DNA of 64,000 bases from Octopus sinensis (taxonomy: Eukaryota), in contig NC_043000.1 of assembly GCF_006345805.1 (NCBI RefSeq), positions 19,592,001 to 19,656,000 on the forward strand, in the 5' to 3' direction. Both the position numbers and the translations under genes were made by a program. Below are positions 1-13,077 of the stretch, in pieces (position 1 is the stretch's first letter; each line of letters starts with the position of its first letter). Below the pieces are notes generated by a model. That model ran no database searches. It saw only the letters and a list, made by a program, of their open reading frames with translations, and was not told the DNA's origin.

Positions 1-222
1 TGTTGAAAGAACCACCCATGTTTCCAGAGGTGAATTATTCAAACCCCAAAGAATCCCTCTCAACACATGGCTATGATGCTCCCCCACTACTTCTGCTCGT
101 GATCAGAGATGCACATATCGTCAGCCACTAAGGAACATGCTCAACTGGTTAAGGTCAAACAACTGACAAGCAAATCTGTGGTATTGAGCAGAATATTTGC
201 TGTAGCCCATCTTTTATACCAA
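1..222. mobile_element. ~550-bp (TAA)n-embedded non-coding repeat family (family E), copy cut by the window edge
   Basis: Matches 23026-23240 and 52740-52950 directly and 11445-12022 inverted; runs straight into (TTA)n. Confidence 0.85.
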
Positions 223-357
223 GACTATTATTATTATTGCTATTATTATTATTATTATTATTATTATTGCTATTATTATTATTATTATTATTATTATTGC
301 TATTATTATTATTATTATTATTATTATTGCTATTATTATTATTATTATTATTATTGC

Positions 358-403
<46 letters not shown>

Positions 404-405
404 GC

Positions 406-464
<59 letters not shown>

Positions 465-608
465 TATTATTGCTATTATTATTATTATGATTATTATTAT
501 TATTATTGCTATTATTATTATTATTATTATTGCTATTATTATTATTATTATTATTATATTATTATTATTGCTATATTATTATTATTATTATTATTGCTAT
601 TATTATTA

Positions 609-643
<35 letters not shown>

Positions 644-892
644 TGCTATTATTATTTATTATTATTATTATTGCTATTATTATTATTATTATTATTATTG
701 CTATTATTATTATTATTGTATTATTATTATTATCATTATTATTGTTATTGCTATTATTATTATTCTTATTATTATTATTATTGCTATTATTATTATTATT
801 ATTATTATTATTGCTATATTATTATTATTATTTATTATTATTATTATCATTATTATTGTTATTGCTATTATTATTATTATTATTATTATTGC

Positions 893-959
<67 letters not shown>

Positions 960-985
960 GCTGTTGTTGTTGTTGGTAGTGGTGG
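223..985. repeat. (TTA)n microsatellite, ~740 bp, with TTG/CTA interruptions
   Basis: Direct reading; source of the poly-Y/I/L ORFs. Confidence 0.97.
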
Positions 986-999
986 TGTTGTGAAGGCTG

Positions 1000-1205
1000 T
1001 GAGCTGACGGAATAGTTAGCACGTGGGGTAAAATGCTTAGCGGCGTTTTCTCAATCTTTGCGTTCTAAGTCAAAATTTTGCCGAGGTCGACTTAGCCATT
1101 CATCTTTTCGGGGTCAATAAAATAAGTACCAATTGTGCACTGGGGTCGATGTAATCGACACCCCACACAACAAAATTTCAGATTTTATACCTATAGTAGA
1201 AAAGA
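1000..1205 (+). mobile_element. tRNA-headed SINE family B, older subfamily (GCCGAGGTCGACTTTGCCTTTCATCC core)
   Basis: Diverged match to 2199-2429; tail TAGTAGAAAAGAT. Confidence 0.75.
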
Positions 1206-1779
1206 TAATTATCATCATCATCATCATCATCATTCAGGCGCAAACTTGGCTGTCTGATTAAGGAGCTCGCTTTACAAGAACGTAGTTTCGGGTTCAGCTC
1301 CACTGCGCGGCATTTTGGGTAATTTCTTCCACATTTACGTCTTAAATTACATCAGCTCACTGGACTATAGGTACTAAGTTCAAATCCCGCCGGGGCCATA
1401 TTTATCTTTCAATATTCTGGGATCGCTAAATAAAGCGCTAGTCAGTATAGGGGATAGATTCTCCTTCTCTCCTTCTTTGTCCCTCTCTGGATGTAATCAG
1501 TTTTAAAAATGCCGAAGATACGCTGCATGTCCCAACGGTGCATCAACAACATCAGCAAAAGTTAAGGATTCTCACCTTCCATAGCCACCCAGATATATCA
1601 TTTCGTCTTACAAAACAGTTGGGATAGCCATGGTTGGAAAGTCTCTATTTGTTAATTACACCATTAACAATAAATTTTATTTTTTATTTGCCTCAGTCAT
1701 TAAACTGCGCCATGCTGGTGCACCACATTGAAGAATTATTTTTTAAAGCCTCGTAATTATTCTATCAGTCTATTTTATC

Positions 1780-2060
1780 GACCCGCTAGGTTACAGGGAA
1801 GTAAACTCACCACTCTTGGTTGTCAAGCGGTGGTGGGAAACAAACGCATGCACAAAGACTCACACACACACACATGTATATGTATGTGTGTGTGTGTGTG
1901 TGTATACGATGGGCTTCTTTCGGTTTCCGTCCGTCAAATCCTGTCACAAGGCATTGATCAACTCAGAGCTATATTTGAAGATTCCTGCCCAAATTGTTAC
2001 GCATTGGGATTGAACCTGGAACCATGTTGTTGTGAAGCGAACTGTTTACCACACAGCCAG
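1780..2060 (-). mobile_element. tRNA-headed SINE family A (octopus OK-like), partial
   Basis: Reverse complement matches 7515-7925 including the internal (TG)n. Confidence 0.75.
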
Positions 2061-2198
2061 AATAGAAACTATTTCCATTTTATTCCTATCAGCCGAAGCT
2101 TAATAAAGACAAAATTACTACGAATCATGAGGAATTAGTTTTAACTAAGAATTATCATGCTTACAGCATCCACGCAAGCAAGGTATTGAAGTTCAATA

Positions 2199-2429
2199 TG
2201 GCGGCGAGTTGGCAGAGACGTTAGCACGCCGGGCGAAATGCTTAGCGGTATTTCGTCTGCCGTTACGTTCTGAGTTCAAACTCCGCCGAGGTCGACTTTG
2301 CCTTTCATCCTTTCGGGGCCGATTAAATAAGTACCAGTTACGCACTGGGGTCGATATAATCGACTTATTCAGTTTGTCTGTCCTTGTTTGTCCCTTCTGT
2401 GTTTATCCCCTTGTGAGTAGTAAAGAAAT
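2199..2429 (+). mobile_element. SINE family B, full length, young, with 18-bp TSD
   Basis: A-box/B-box-like head GGCGGCGAGTTGGCAGAGACGTTAGC...GTTCAAACTCC; AGGTATTGAAGTTCAATA duplicated at 2181-2198 and 2430-2447. Confidence 0.9.
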
Positions 2430-2759
2430 AGGTATTGAAGTTCAATAATAAAAACGATGTAGAGCACTTTAAGTTCCACATTTGACCAATAGAAACAAAT
2501 AAATAATGGCCGTGATACATACGCAATATATTAGATTCATTATTAATTCATGTTTGCTTTCTTCCCATCTGCAGCAGACGTAAAACAAGACACACCAAAG
2601 GAAAACGGAAAACTGAAAAAAACAATTTTATACGGCGTAAACCACGAAACAAGCAGTAAAACGCTAATAGCATTGATGCAAAGTAATTAGCATCGACAAG
2701 AACTCTAAGAATGTTCACATTAAAGCAGAACAGAAACAACATCAGATAACATATTTATA

Positions 2760-3325
2760 TTGGGTTGTCTGGAAAGTTTGTGCCGATTTTTAAAGGAAAG
2801 AAAAAGGTCAATAAATACTTGCCATTACATTTTTAATCAACCAAATATGAACCATTTTGTTGCACAATGCGTCTCCATATTTCCTTTAACTTGAAAATAC
2901 CCTCTTCCCAGAATTGAGGTGGTTTCATGGCAAAGAATTCATCAAGGTATCTTTTTACGTCATCCAAGGAATTGAAATTTTTTACCATTAAGACTATTCT
3001 GCAGAGATCTGAATAAGTGGAAATCCAAAGGAGCAATATCTGGTAAATATGGCGGGTGGGTAACACACCGCAGCCGAGCCGCAACAACTTTTGTCTGATT
3101 CCCAAAGCATCAAGTGCCGAAAATGAACTTTCTTATCTTCCATTTTAAAGGGTTACAGAATTAATACAGGTTATAGGAACATAAACCTTCTTCCACGAAA
3201 AGATAGTATAAACTGTGCTCTAAATGGAGGTGTTGTCGAATCCTATTTTATGGACTCAACTATGTTCTAAAATATGTCGAAAGGTAAGCTACTATAAATC
3301 GGCACGAACATTCCGGACAACCTAA
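2760..3325 (-). mobile_element. Internally deleted mariner (DD34D-type) element
   Basis: ~30-bp TIRs (TTGGGTTGTCTGGAAAGTTTGTGCCGATTT / inverse at 3296-3325), TA on both sides; frameshifted C-terminal transposase HPPYLPDIAPLDFHLFRSLQNSL..KNFNSLDDVKRYLDEFF...FWEEGIFKL at 2833-3105. Confidence 0.9.
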
Positions 3326-3879
3326 TACGTCAACGAATAAACTTCCTTATCAATTGCTTATTGTTTTCCAAAAGTAGATTGGTAAGACTCGCACGAAGAC
3401 GACGAAACACCAATAGCAAGATATTTACCTCCACCTTGGACAAAACCTTGGCTATTTACTTCATCACCAAGCCGTAGACACACCGGAGAGGCTCTTTATA
3501 GTCACATGACCAGCTAGAAACAACAGCAAAATATCTCCATGAATCAGACTCTGTGTCTAAGAAAGGATTGTAGATTGTAGATTATACAATGTCTGAATAA
3601 TAGGCAGGGTAGTCGTAGATGAAAATGACTTTGATCATAGGTCTGCTTAGTGGAAAGTGATTTTGACTAAGACACAATAATATCACTAAGAACACAACAA
3701 CAGCGTCAGCAACAACTTGATTGTTGTTGCTGACTCTAGAAAAGCAATAGAGAAATTCAAACCTAGAGTACCTGGGCCTGATTGATTCACTAGTCTCTCC
3801 AGCAACTCTGCACTACTCGTACCACCACTATCAAATCCTCAGAATTTGAAAACAGAGAGAAAATTATTATAATTCTTTT

Positions 3880-4200
3880 CTACTCTAGGCACAAGGCCAG
3901 AAAGTTTGGGGGATGGGGCCAGTCGATTTGATCGACCCCAGTAAACAGCTGGTACGTAATTTATCGACCCCCGAAAGGGTGAAAGAGTAAGTCGACCTCA
4001 GCAGAATTTGAACTCAGAACGTAAAGACAGACGAAATACCTATTTCTTTACTACCCACAAGGGACTAAAGACAGAGGGGACGAACAAGGACAGACAAACG
4101 GATTAAGTCGATTATATCGACCCCAGTGCGTAACTGGTACTTATTTAATCGATCCCGAAAGGATGAAAGGCAAAGTCGACCTCGGCGGAATTTGAACTCA
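3880..4200 (-). mobile_element. Two abutting SINE B copies (young copy tail joined into the head of an older copy)
   Basis: Core repeated at ~3950-4020 and ~4130-4200; junction GACGAAATACC|TATTTCTTTACTACCC near 4040. Confidence 0.8.
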
Positions 4201-4939
4201 GCAGATCGGCAATAGTGATCGATAGAATAAGTACTAGGCTTACAAAGAAAAAGTCCTTGGGTCGATTTCTTCGACAAAAACCATTTAAGGTGGTGCTCCA
4301 GCATGACCGCAGTCAAATGACTGAAAAAAGTAAAAGAGTGAAAGATTATATGTTATGTGTTTCTTTCACACACAAACACATGTCAAGCATTCAGCCACCA
4401 TTACCAGTAATTAGGATGTATGCAAAATTTCCGACTCCATTTCTCTGCAATCTACTTACGCTCAAAATATTTGACATCTTCATAAAGAAACATGACAACA
4501 TGCTGCAAGTCAATTAGCAAACCTCATACGCAGATGTTATCACATATACATCTTCCGTCAAAACGCAGTTGCACACAACTATGCCATCATTCACCTGGAA
4601 AGCAAGCTCGGAAACAATGGACAAAGAGTAGAAGCTACAACTAAATGTGTCATCCGTTTTCTTACTGGCAACACCAGAAAACATGTGACACCAGCAATCA
4701 ACATTTTAAAGGGAGAGAAAGAGAGAGAGAGGTGGGGTGAAAGACAGGCATATAGACAAACAGACCGAGAGATAGATTACCAAAGATACTGAAGACAAAC
4801 ATATGAATGACTCTAAGGCATATAAAAATCAATAGGCATTTTGCGTGAAAATACCCACAGGGATTTTATTTTGAGCTGTAACTTTTATATTTTTCATCCG
4901 ATTTTAATGAAATTTGAGATTTAGGTAAAAGTTTTTGGT

Positions 4940-5820
4940 AGGGGAGATGGTAAAGGTTTTAATTTAATTCCGGAGGAATCAGAAGGCGCCTATATATCTG
5001 TGAGTGTTTGGGATTACTCTAAATCCTCCCACACCGTCCAAACGATTTTGATGATTTTTGGCACATAGGTAGATCACATGCTCTGAAGTTCAATTAAGGC
5101 CGGAATTTTTCGAAAACTCGATAATGCTCAATTGGCATCGATTTTTGTGAGTTCAATCGGGCGTTTGAATGAAAATTCCCATAACGATGTTATTTTTCCT
5201 GAGGCTTTTGCATTTTTTGTCAGATTTTGATGAAAATCAATGAGTGAGCGAGGCTCATGGCAGTGAGTTGATGTCAGTATATGGCGTTGAAAAAAAATCG
5301 ATAATTGCACCTTAGCAGTGATTTTTAAAAATCAATATGATTTTTACAAGCAAATAGCCTATGCCGTTGTAACAGTTGCTTGATGAAATTTCTTTCTGAA
5401 TCTTACGAATGACGTCATGTTCGAGGTACTTTAGCAAAGGTACCCGATAATTCCAAGGTTGATTGGAGTGTAGTTCACTTGCACGCAAAATGTCTTTTAA
5501 TTTTATAATATTCCCCTGCTCACGCGCAATTATCAATTTTTTGTCAACTCTACATGCCGCATTCAACTTATAGACATGAACGTGTAACATATCTTGAAAA
5601 TTGATAGAATAGTATCTGAAAAAAGTTGATACACGCTTGTGCCCTCTCGATTCCTCTGGAATAAAATTAAAACCTTTACCGTCTCCCTTACAACAACTGA
5701 GCATTATCGAGTTTTCGAAAAATTCCGGCCTTATTAGAACTTCAGGACATGTGATCTACCTATGTGCCAAAAATCCTTAAAATCGGTTGGACGGTGTGAG
5801 AGGAGTTAGAGTAACCCCAA
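4940..5820. mobile_element. MITE/foldback-like element with ~126-bp inverted repeats
   Basis: 5008-5133 vs 5695-5820 inverted, about 90% identical by eye; second inverted pair ~4940-4988 vs 5640-5688. Confidence 0.7.
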
Positions 5821-6990
5821 GAGCACATCAACAGCAACATCATCACCAACAACAATAAGCAACGAAAACATAATAGCAACAACACCAATAACACCAATAG
5901 CAACAAGAATATCGTCAGCATGGATGACAGAAACAACACCAGCAGCTACAACAACACCAAAAGCCTTATCAACAACAACAACAACATCATCAGTAGCAGC
6001 AGCACTTGAAACAAACTACGAAAAAAATTGCAACATCAACAGCAACAACGAAATCAAGAACATCGATAAACATCAACAACAACAGCATTATCATGTCAAC
6101 ATCATTAGCAGCGGCATTAGCAACATTATTATCATTGATTGCACAAACAGCAACATTATTATCATTGATTGCACAAACAGCAACATTATCGTTGGCAACG
6201 TAAACAGCAGCATTATCATTAACTGTGCCAACAGCCGCATTATCTTTGGCAATAGACACAGCTGCATTATCATTGACAACACCAACAGCAACATTATCAT
6301 TGACACAGCAGCAACAGCATTATCGTTGACACCACTAGTAACAACATTATCATCTACAACACCACTAGCAACATTATCATTGACTCATCAGAAGCAGCAT
6401 TATCTTTGACAACACCACTAGCAACATTATCATCGACACAGCAGCAACAGCATTATCATCGACACCTATAGAAGCAGCATTATCATTGACATCAACAGCA
6501 GCAGCATTATCATTGACACAGCACCAACAGCAATGGAGGCGCAATGGCCCAGTGGTGCGGGTCTTACGAATAGCAAAGGACGACGTTTCGGACTTCTCCC
6601 ATCTTGCGAGCTCTGGGACGAAGACCGTTCGCTCAACAACAACAGCATCAACAGCATTACCGTTGGCACCTATAGAAGCAGCATTATCATTGACACTAAC
6701 AATAGCAGCACTGTCATTGACAATAACAACAACACTATTAGTTTTGTCAGTACAAACGGCAGCATTTTCATTCACAACACGCACAGCAGCATTGCCATTG
6801 ACACAACTACTACCACCACCACCACCAACAGTATTAATATTGACAACTCCAGCAACAACACTATCATTAATAACAAACACCTAACAGTTATCTTCCACAG
6901 CACTAACAGCAACATTATATCTTTCACAGCGCCAACGGCAGCAATATTATCATTGATACCATCAACAGCAACAACAACAATAACAAATAA
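5821..6990. repeat. Cryptic CAA/CAG-rich minisatellite (recurrent CAGCAGCATTATCATTGACA motif) with a SINE-head fragment at ~6533-6630
   Basis: Motif recurs more than 15 times with variation; explains the low-complexity ORFs at 5924-7126. Confidence 0.8.
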
Positions 6991-7336
6991 CAACTTGGTA
7001 ACAGTTGTTATTCGGCTAAAGAGGCGGAGACATGTTAAGATTAATAGGAAGCGATTGAGATGTTGGACAAAGACCGATGGACAAAGGGTTGCGGTGGGGT
7101 TGGGTGAGGTGGGAGGAAAGCAATAATAAGAGATTGTATGTTTAGGTATGTGTGGTATTATAATTGAATATGTGTGTGTGTACGTATGTATATTTATATA
7201 TGCGTGTGTGTATAAATGTATGAGTGTATGCATACATACATGCATACATTTATTTTGTCCTGTACTTACCTCTCATGGTGTGTTTGCGTATTTTTCACTC
7301 GTTGGGGATCTCCTGTTCTTAATGTGTATTTTTCAA

Positions 7337-7514
<178 letters not shown>

Positions 7515-7928
7515 AGGCGCAGGAGTGGCTGGGTGGTAAGTAGCTTGCTAACCATCCACATGGTTCCGGGTTCAGTACCACTGCGTGGCATCTTAGGCAA
7601 GTGTCTTCTGCTATAGCCCCGGGCCGACCAATGCTTTGTGAGTGGATTTGGTAGACCGAAACTGAAAGAAGCCTGTCGTATATATGTATATATATATGTG
7701 TGTGTGTGTGGGTTTGTGTGTCTGTGTTTGTCCCCCTAACATTGACAACCGATGCTGGTGTGTTTATGTCCCCGTTACTTTGCGGTTCGGCAAAAGAGAC
7801 CGACAGAATAAGTACTGGGCTTACAAAAGAATAAGTCCAGAGGTCGAGTTGCTCGATTAAAGGCGGTGCTCCAGCATGGCCTCAGTCTAATGACTGAAAC
7901 AAGTAAAAGAGTAAAAGAGTAAAAGAGA
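7515..7928 (+). mobile_element. SINE family A (octopus OK-like), full length
   Basis: Head GGCGCAGGAGTGGCTGGGTGGTAAG...GGTTCAGTACC, central CTTAGGCAAGTGTCTT, internal (TA)/(TG)n, (GTAAAAGA)n tail. Confidence 0.88.
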
Positions 7929-7945
7929 GAGTATATGTATGTATG

Positions 7946-7979
<34 letters not shown>

Positions 7980-8470
7980 TGTATGTATGTATGTATGTAT
8001 GTATGTATGCATGCGTTTGTATGAATATGCCTCGGTATCGACTGTATGAATGTGTGTGTGTGTATATACATACATACGTGTGTGTGTATATATATATATA
8101 CATACATATGTGTGTATGTATGCATGCATGTATGCACGTATGAATGAAGGAGTATAAGTGTATTTGTGTATGTGTGCATGTATGCGTGTGTATGTGTGTG
8201 TGTGTGTGTATGTTTATGTGTGTACATGTATGTGTGTGTGTGTGATATCAGCACTTGATCACTGGGATTTATATACTGATTTTGCCTCCCATCACTTACG
8301 CAGACGCACACAGACAAACACACAAACACACACTTGCACTCACATACACACGTACACACATATACACACACACAAACGCACATACATGAACATACACTTA
8401 CGCACACATTGCACGCGCACGCCAATATCGTTTGACTTCAACGACATACGGACACAGCAGTAGCAGTAGT

Positions 8471-8501
<31 letters not shown>

Positions 8502-9290
8502 TCTTGTTTAACCCAATATTAACCATGACAGAGCAGTCTTCTGATCAATGACGTTCCACCCATGACCATCCTGCCCGTATATCTTTGTTTTTCAGTGATT
8601 GTATGTATACCTTGGACTATGTTACCCAGCGTGTTTCTCATTGTTTATTACAACAAAGTGTACGATGGAGAAAAAATTGGCTGCTATTTCTAGCAGGTAC
8701 AACGACCACATAGATGCTCCTTCATTGGCTAGAAGCAGCAGCAATGGTGGCAGTGGTGGTGGTGGTGGTGGTGGTGGTCGTCGTCGTCGTCGTATGTGTA
8801 GTACTACTAGTAGTTTTGTTGCCGTTGTTGTTGTCATTGTTGCTTTTGTTGCTGTTGTAGGTGGTATAAACGTCAAACCAGAAATGTTTAATAATAGCAA
8901 TAACAGCCATTGATAAACCTAATTACTTTTCCTTGCTTCCGTACACCCCCACTGGTGTCGCTCGTTGCCTTATTTTTCTCTTTCTTCAATATGGCTGACG
9001 TTGGTGTTGTATGTTCTTTACTCTCCTTATTGTTCTTGTTTCTTGTGCTTATCACTTTTCACGTTATTGTTTTCGTTATCACAACTGTTGCTCCGGTTAC
9101 TGTTTGTTTGTTTGTTTGTTTCTATTTTGTTTATTCGCTTATTTGTTTATTTGTTAATTCTCTGTTACGTTTATTTGTTGCCGCTGTAGTTATTACTTTA
9201 TTGCTTGGTCCCCAAGTCTAATGTAATTGAGCAGATCTATGATTAAAGTCTTTCCGAAACATGACCATTCTGTCTAGCCATTTATTTAGG

Positions 9291-9880
9291 CACAGAAATA
9301 GCTTGTGCGATTAAAAAGCTTGCTTCGCAATCACATGGTTTCGGGTTCAGTCCACTACGTGGCACCTTCAACAAATGTCTTTTACTATAGCTCTGAGCCA
9401 ATCAATCCCGTGTGAATGAATCTGCTAGATGGAAACTGTGAAGAAGCCCAGCATATATGTGTGTGTATGTGTTATGTGTTTTTTAGGCACAGAAATGGTT
9501 GTGCGGTTAAAAAGCTTGCTTCGCAATCACATGGTTTCGGGTTCAGTCCCACTACGTGGCACCTTGAACAAGTGTCTTTTACGTTAGCTCTGAGCCGATC
9601 AATGCCATGTGAATGAATCTGCCAGATGGAAAATGTGAGGAAGGCCAACATATATGTTTGTGTGTATGTGTGCTTCTGTGTTACATTTTTCCCTACCTAC
9701 TGCTTGACAAGTGTTGGTGTGTTTATGTCCTCGTAACTTAAGGGGTCGGCAAAAAGAGACTGATTGTATAATAATCAGACTTTTTTAAAAAGAAAGTAGT
9801 GGAGTCGATTTATTCGACTAAATACTTCTAGGCGGTGCTCCAGCATGGCTACAGTTCTATGAATGAAACAAGATAAAAGA
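9291..9880 (+). mobile_element. SINE family A with tandemly duplicated 5' half
   Basis: TTTAGGCACAGAAAT...ATATGTGTGTG unit at ~9285-9480 and ~9481-9670, then the tail. Confidence 0.75.
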
Positions 9881-10279
9881 TAGTGCATCTCGAACTATAT
9901 TATCCAATGTATCCTTCTTAAGATATTAGGTGTCCTGGCTATGACATTAAACTACATCAGGTGTTGGAATCCTGTTCGGGGAATTCTGGAGTTGTGGGGA
10001 AGGTGGAGTCAACCATTGATTAGCATTACTCCCAGGTCCGTCCTGAATCAGAACAGTAGGACCGATCAGGGTCCCATCTATGGGCTAAATAGATATTTTA
10101 AAGGGTAGATGGAGTTTCTTAGCTACCGTGAAAGCATTTAGTCTAGACCAGTGGTTCCTAAACTTTTTCGAGCTACCACCCATTTGACTCTTAGATCCCA
10201 TTCCTAGCGACTCCCGACTCAGCATCACAAACACAGACCACTTCCGGCAGGAAGCAATTGGAGTGTCGATATGTTCGTT

Positions 10280-10830
10280 TCAACGACTGTCTTTACGTTC
10301 TGAGTTCAAATTCCGCCGAGGTCGACATTGCCTTTCATCCTTTCGGGGTCGGTAAACTAAGTACTAGTTGCGTACTGGGGTCGATCTAATCGACAGGCCC
10401 CCGCCCCAAAAATTACGGGCCTTGTGCCTAGAGTAGAAAAGAATATTTTGGTTTCAAATTTTAGCACAAGGCCAGCAGTTTCGGGGGTGGAGTTAAGTCG
10501 ATTACAACAGCCCAAGTGCTTGACTGGTATTTATTCTATCGACCCCGCAAAGATGAAAAATAATGCCGGCCTCGGCTGAATTTGAACTCAGAACGTAAAG
10601 ACGGAGAAAATGCCGCTAAGCATTAACCTATGTCACCGCACCGGAAGAAAAAAAAAACGCTTATCAACATTTCTTCTAACTTCACATTCTAAGTTCAGCT
10701 ACCGCCAGAGTCGACTTTGCCTTCCATCCTTCGGCGTCGATAAAATCAGTACCAAGTGAACACAGGGATAGATATGTTCGACTGAACCTCACACTCGAAA
10801 TCGCTGGCCTTAGGCCAAAATTTGAAGCCT
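10280..10830. mobile_element. Cluster of three SINE B copies in alternating orientation
   Basis: Core seen + at 10300-10440, - at 10445-10630, + at 10685-10830. Confidence 0.75.
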
Positions 10831-11370
10831 TTATTGGCTTCAAATGTGTTTCCTTTGTACCGATTTTTCACTGAACCCTTTCTTGGTTATGAAATACAGG
10901 CAAATGTATTGTTCTCGGCACATTAACTTAATGATTATGATTCATGTTGCTGATGAACAATTAATGGAGGATGCAAGCGAGGGATCCACGGAAAAAAGAC
11001 GAAAATAAATAAAACATGGATTCCCTTGCTACGCGTAATTTTCTCTTCTTCGCTGAATTGTTATTTATATATGGTGAGCTAATGGGGAAAACGTCTTTTC
11101 ATTACCATTATATTCTAGACAATTATTCTGTGCTGAGGGAGAGCGATAACCCAGAAATCGCAATACACAAACATTGTTTTGAACTGATGAGGGGTGCTAA
11201 ATACCCTTGTTCGAAAATATAAGGACACAGATCGTGTCGTATAGCCAGCTGGAGACGATGCCTCCTGGGGCTAAATCACAGCAACATTCGTCCTAAACCA
11301 GGGCTGCCATGTTATTGGTAAATAATCTATACTCAAAATTATGTTCTTTATTTATGGACTCTACTTTGTA

Positions 11371-11420
<50 letters not shown>

Positions 11421-11444
11421 TAATAATAATAATAATAATAATAA

Positions 11445-12022
11445 AAAATGCCCTGATGCAGTATAAATGTCCTGATGCAGTACCAGGCAGTGGCTCTCAT
11501 GGCTTCTGATCTTAACTGATTGGAAGTGTTATCATGTACATTGTTTTGTCTTGGTATAAAAGATGGGCTATAGCAAATATTCTGCTCAGTACCACAGATT
11601 TGCTTGTCAGTTGTTTGACCATAACCAGTTGAGCATGTCCCTTAGTGGCTGACGATATGTGCATCTCTGATCACGAGCAGAAGTAGTGGGGGAGCATCAT
11701 AGCCATGTGTTGAGAAGGATTCTTTGGGGTTTGAATAATTCACCTCTGGAAACATAGGTGTTTCGTTCAACGTCCTTAAACAACCCTTATTCAGGGACCT
11801 TTTGAGCGGGATGGGTTACTCGATCTGAAGAAAATTCTAACTGGGCCCCACCTGCAAGGTCATGTGCTGTTTATCTTGATATGAGATCACCATGTCGCGC
11901 ACATATGGTTGTGATGCATGTGCCTGGTGTACCCTTATCAGACGGGTAGTCATGATGGGTATACTGGGCTTCGTATATTTTACCCCAGTGTCACTTTGAT
12001 GGCATGCTCTGCTCGCTCACTC
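11445..12022 (+). mobile_element. Family E, full-length copy inside (TAA)n
   Basis: (TAA)n at 11372-11443 and from 12023; ends AAATGCCCTGATGCAG...GCTCTGCTCGCTCACTC; small duplication of the first ~20 bp. Confidence 0.9.
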
Positions 12023-12561
12023 AATAATAATAATAATAATAATAATTATTATTATTATTGTTATTATTATTAATTATTAATTGAGTAGATTTAATTGCTT
12101 ACATTTCTAACAAGATCATATCTCCGGAGTTTTTTCCTGAGCATACAACACTCCCTTAGGATGGGAGAAATTTAGTAAATACTTGTCATACAATTGGAAA
12201 CACCCAAAAAGATATCCGAGATCTTTATAATCATCCCTTCTATCGACTACTCACACATTATCAATGCGTACGTCTATGATGCCCACAAACGCTTATGAGT
12301 GAACTGTTCCTAGAAAACCTTTTTAATGTTTGAAGCAATCCGGTCTTTCAGCCCCTGCTGGGCCATAAACGGACAACAATGTTAAAGCACTACAGCTTCA
12401 AATGCTACTCGAATTCAGGACACTGGTTTACCATTTAAGTCGAGGAAGATCTTGCTTAACTCTAGCTCTATGCCTTCCCAGAACATCGCTACTACGCCAA
12501 TCAATCTGGGCTGACCGAAAAAGGCATAAACTTCGTAGACGACCGAAAGAAGTGTGAGTAG

Positions 12562-12985
12562 CCGTGGGAGTGACTGTGTGATGAGAAACTTGCTTCCCAA
12601 CCACATAGCTCTGGGTTCAGTCCCACTGTGGAGCACCTTGGGCAAGTATCTTCTCCTATAGCCTCGGGCCGACCCAAGCCTCGCGAGTGTATTTGGTGGA
12701 CAGAAATTGAAAGAAGCCCGTCGTATATACATATGTATGTGCGTGTGTATGAGTGTGTGTGTGTGTGTGTGTATGTTTGTCTCCCTCATCACCATTTGAC
12801 AACCGATGTTGGTGCGCTTATGTCCCCGTAAATTAGCGCTTCGGCAAAAGAGACCGATAGAATAAATACCAGGCTTTAAAAAATAAGCACTGGGGTTGAT
12901 TCATTAGGCTAAAAGTTTTTCAAGGCAGTGCTCCAACATGGCCGCAGTATAACGACTGAAATAGGTAAAAGATAAAAAATAAAAG
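12562..12985 (+). mobile_element. SINE family A, full length
   Basis: Colinear with 7515-7928. Confidence 0.82.
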
Positions 12986-13077
12986 GTCCGGCTCAGAAAT
13001 TTTGGTCTCACTGATGGCTGCCACAATTAGATCTAGTGATCGTTCAGTAAGTATCCTTGCCTCTACACATCATTCTA

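Noticed and set aside
109-1022. Long poly-Tyr/Leu/Ile ORFs (also 50639-52514)
   Set aside because: Translations of (TTA)n arrays; no domain content.
2833-3105. Possible SETMAR-like host gene
   Set aside because: Lies between TIRs with TA flanks, frameshifted, no SET domain; ordinary mariner relic.
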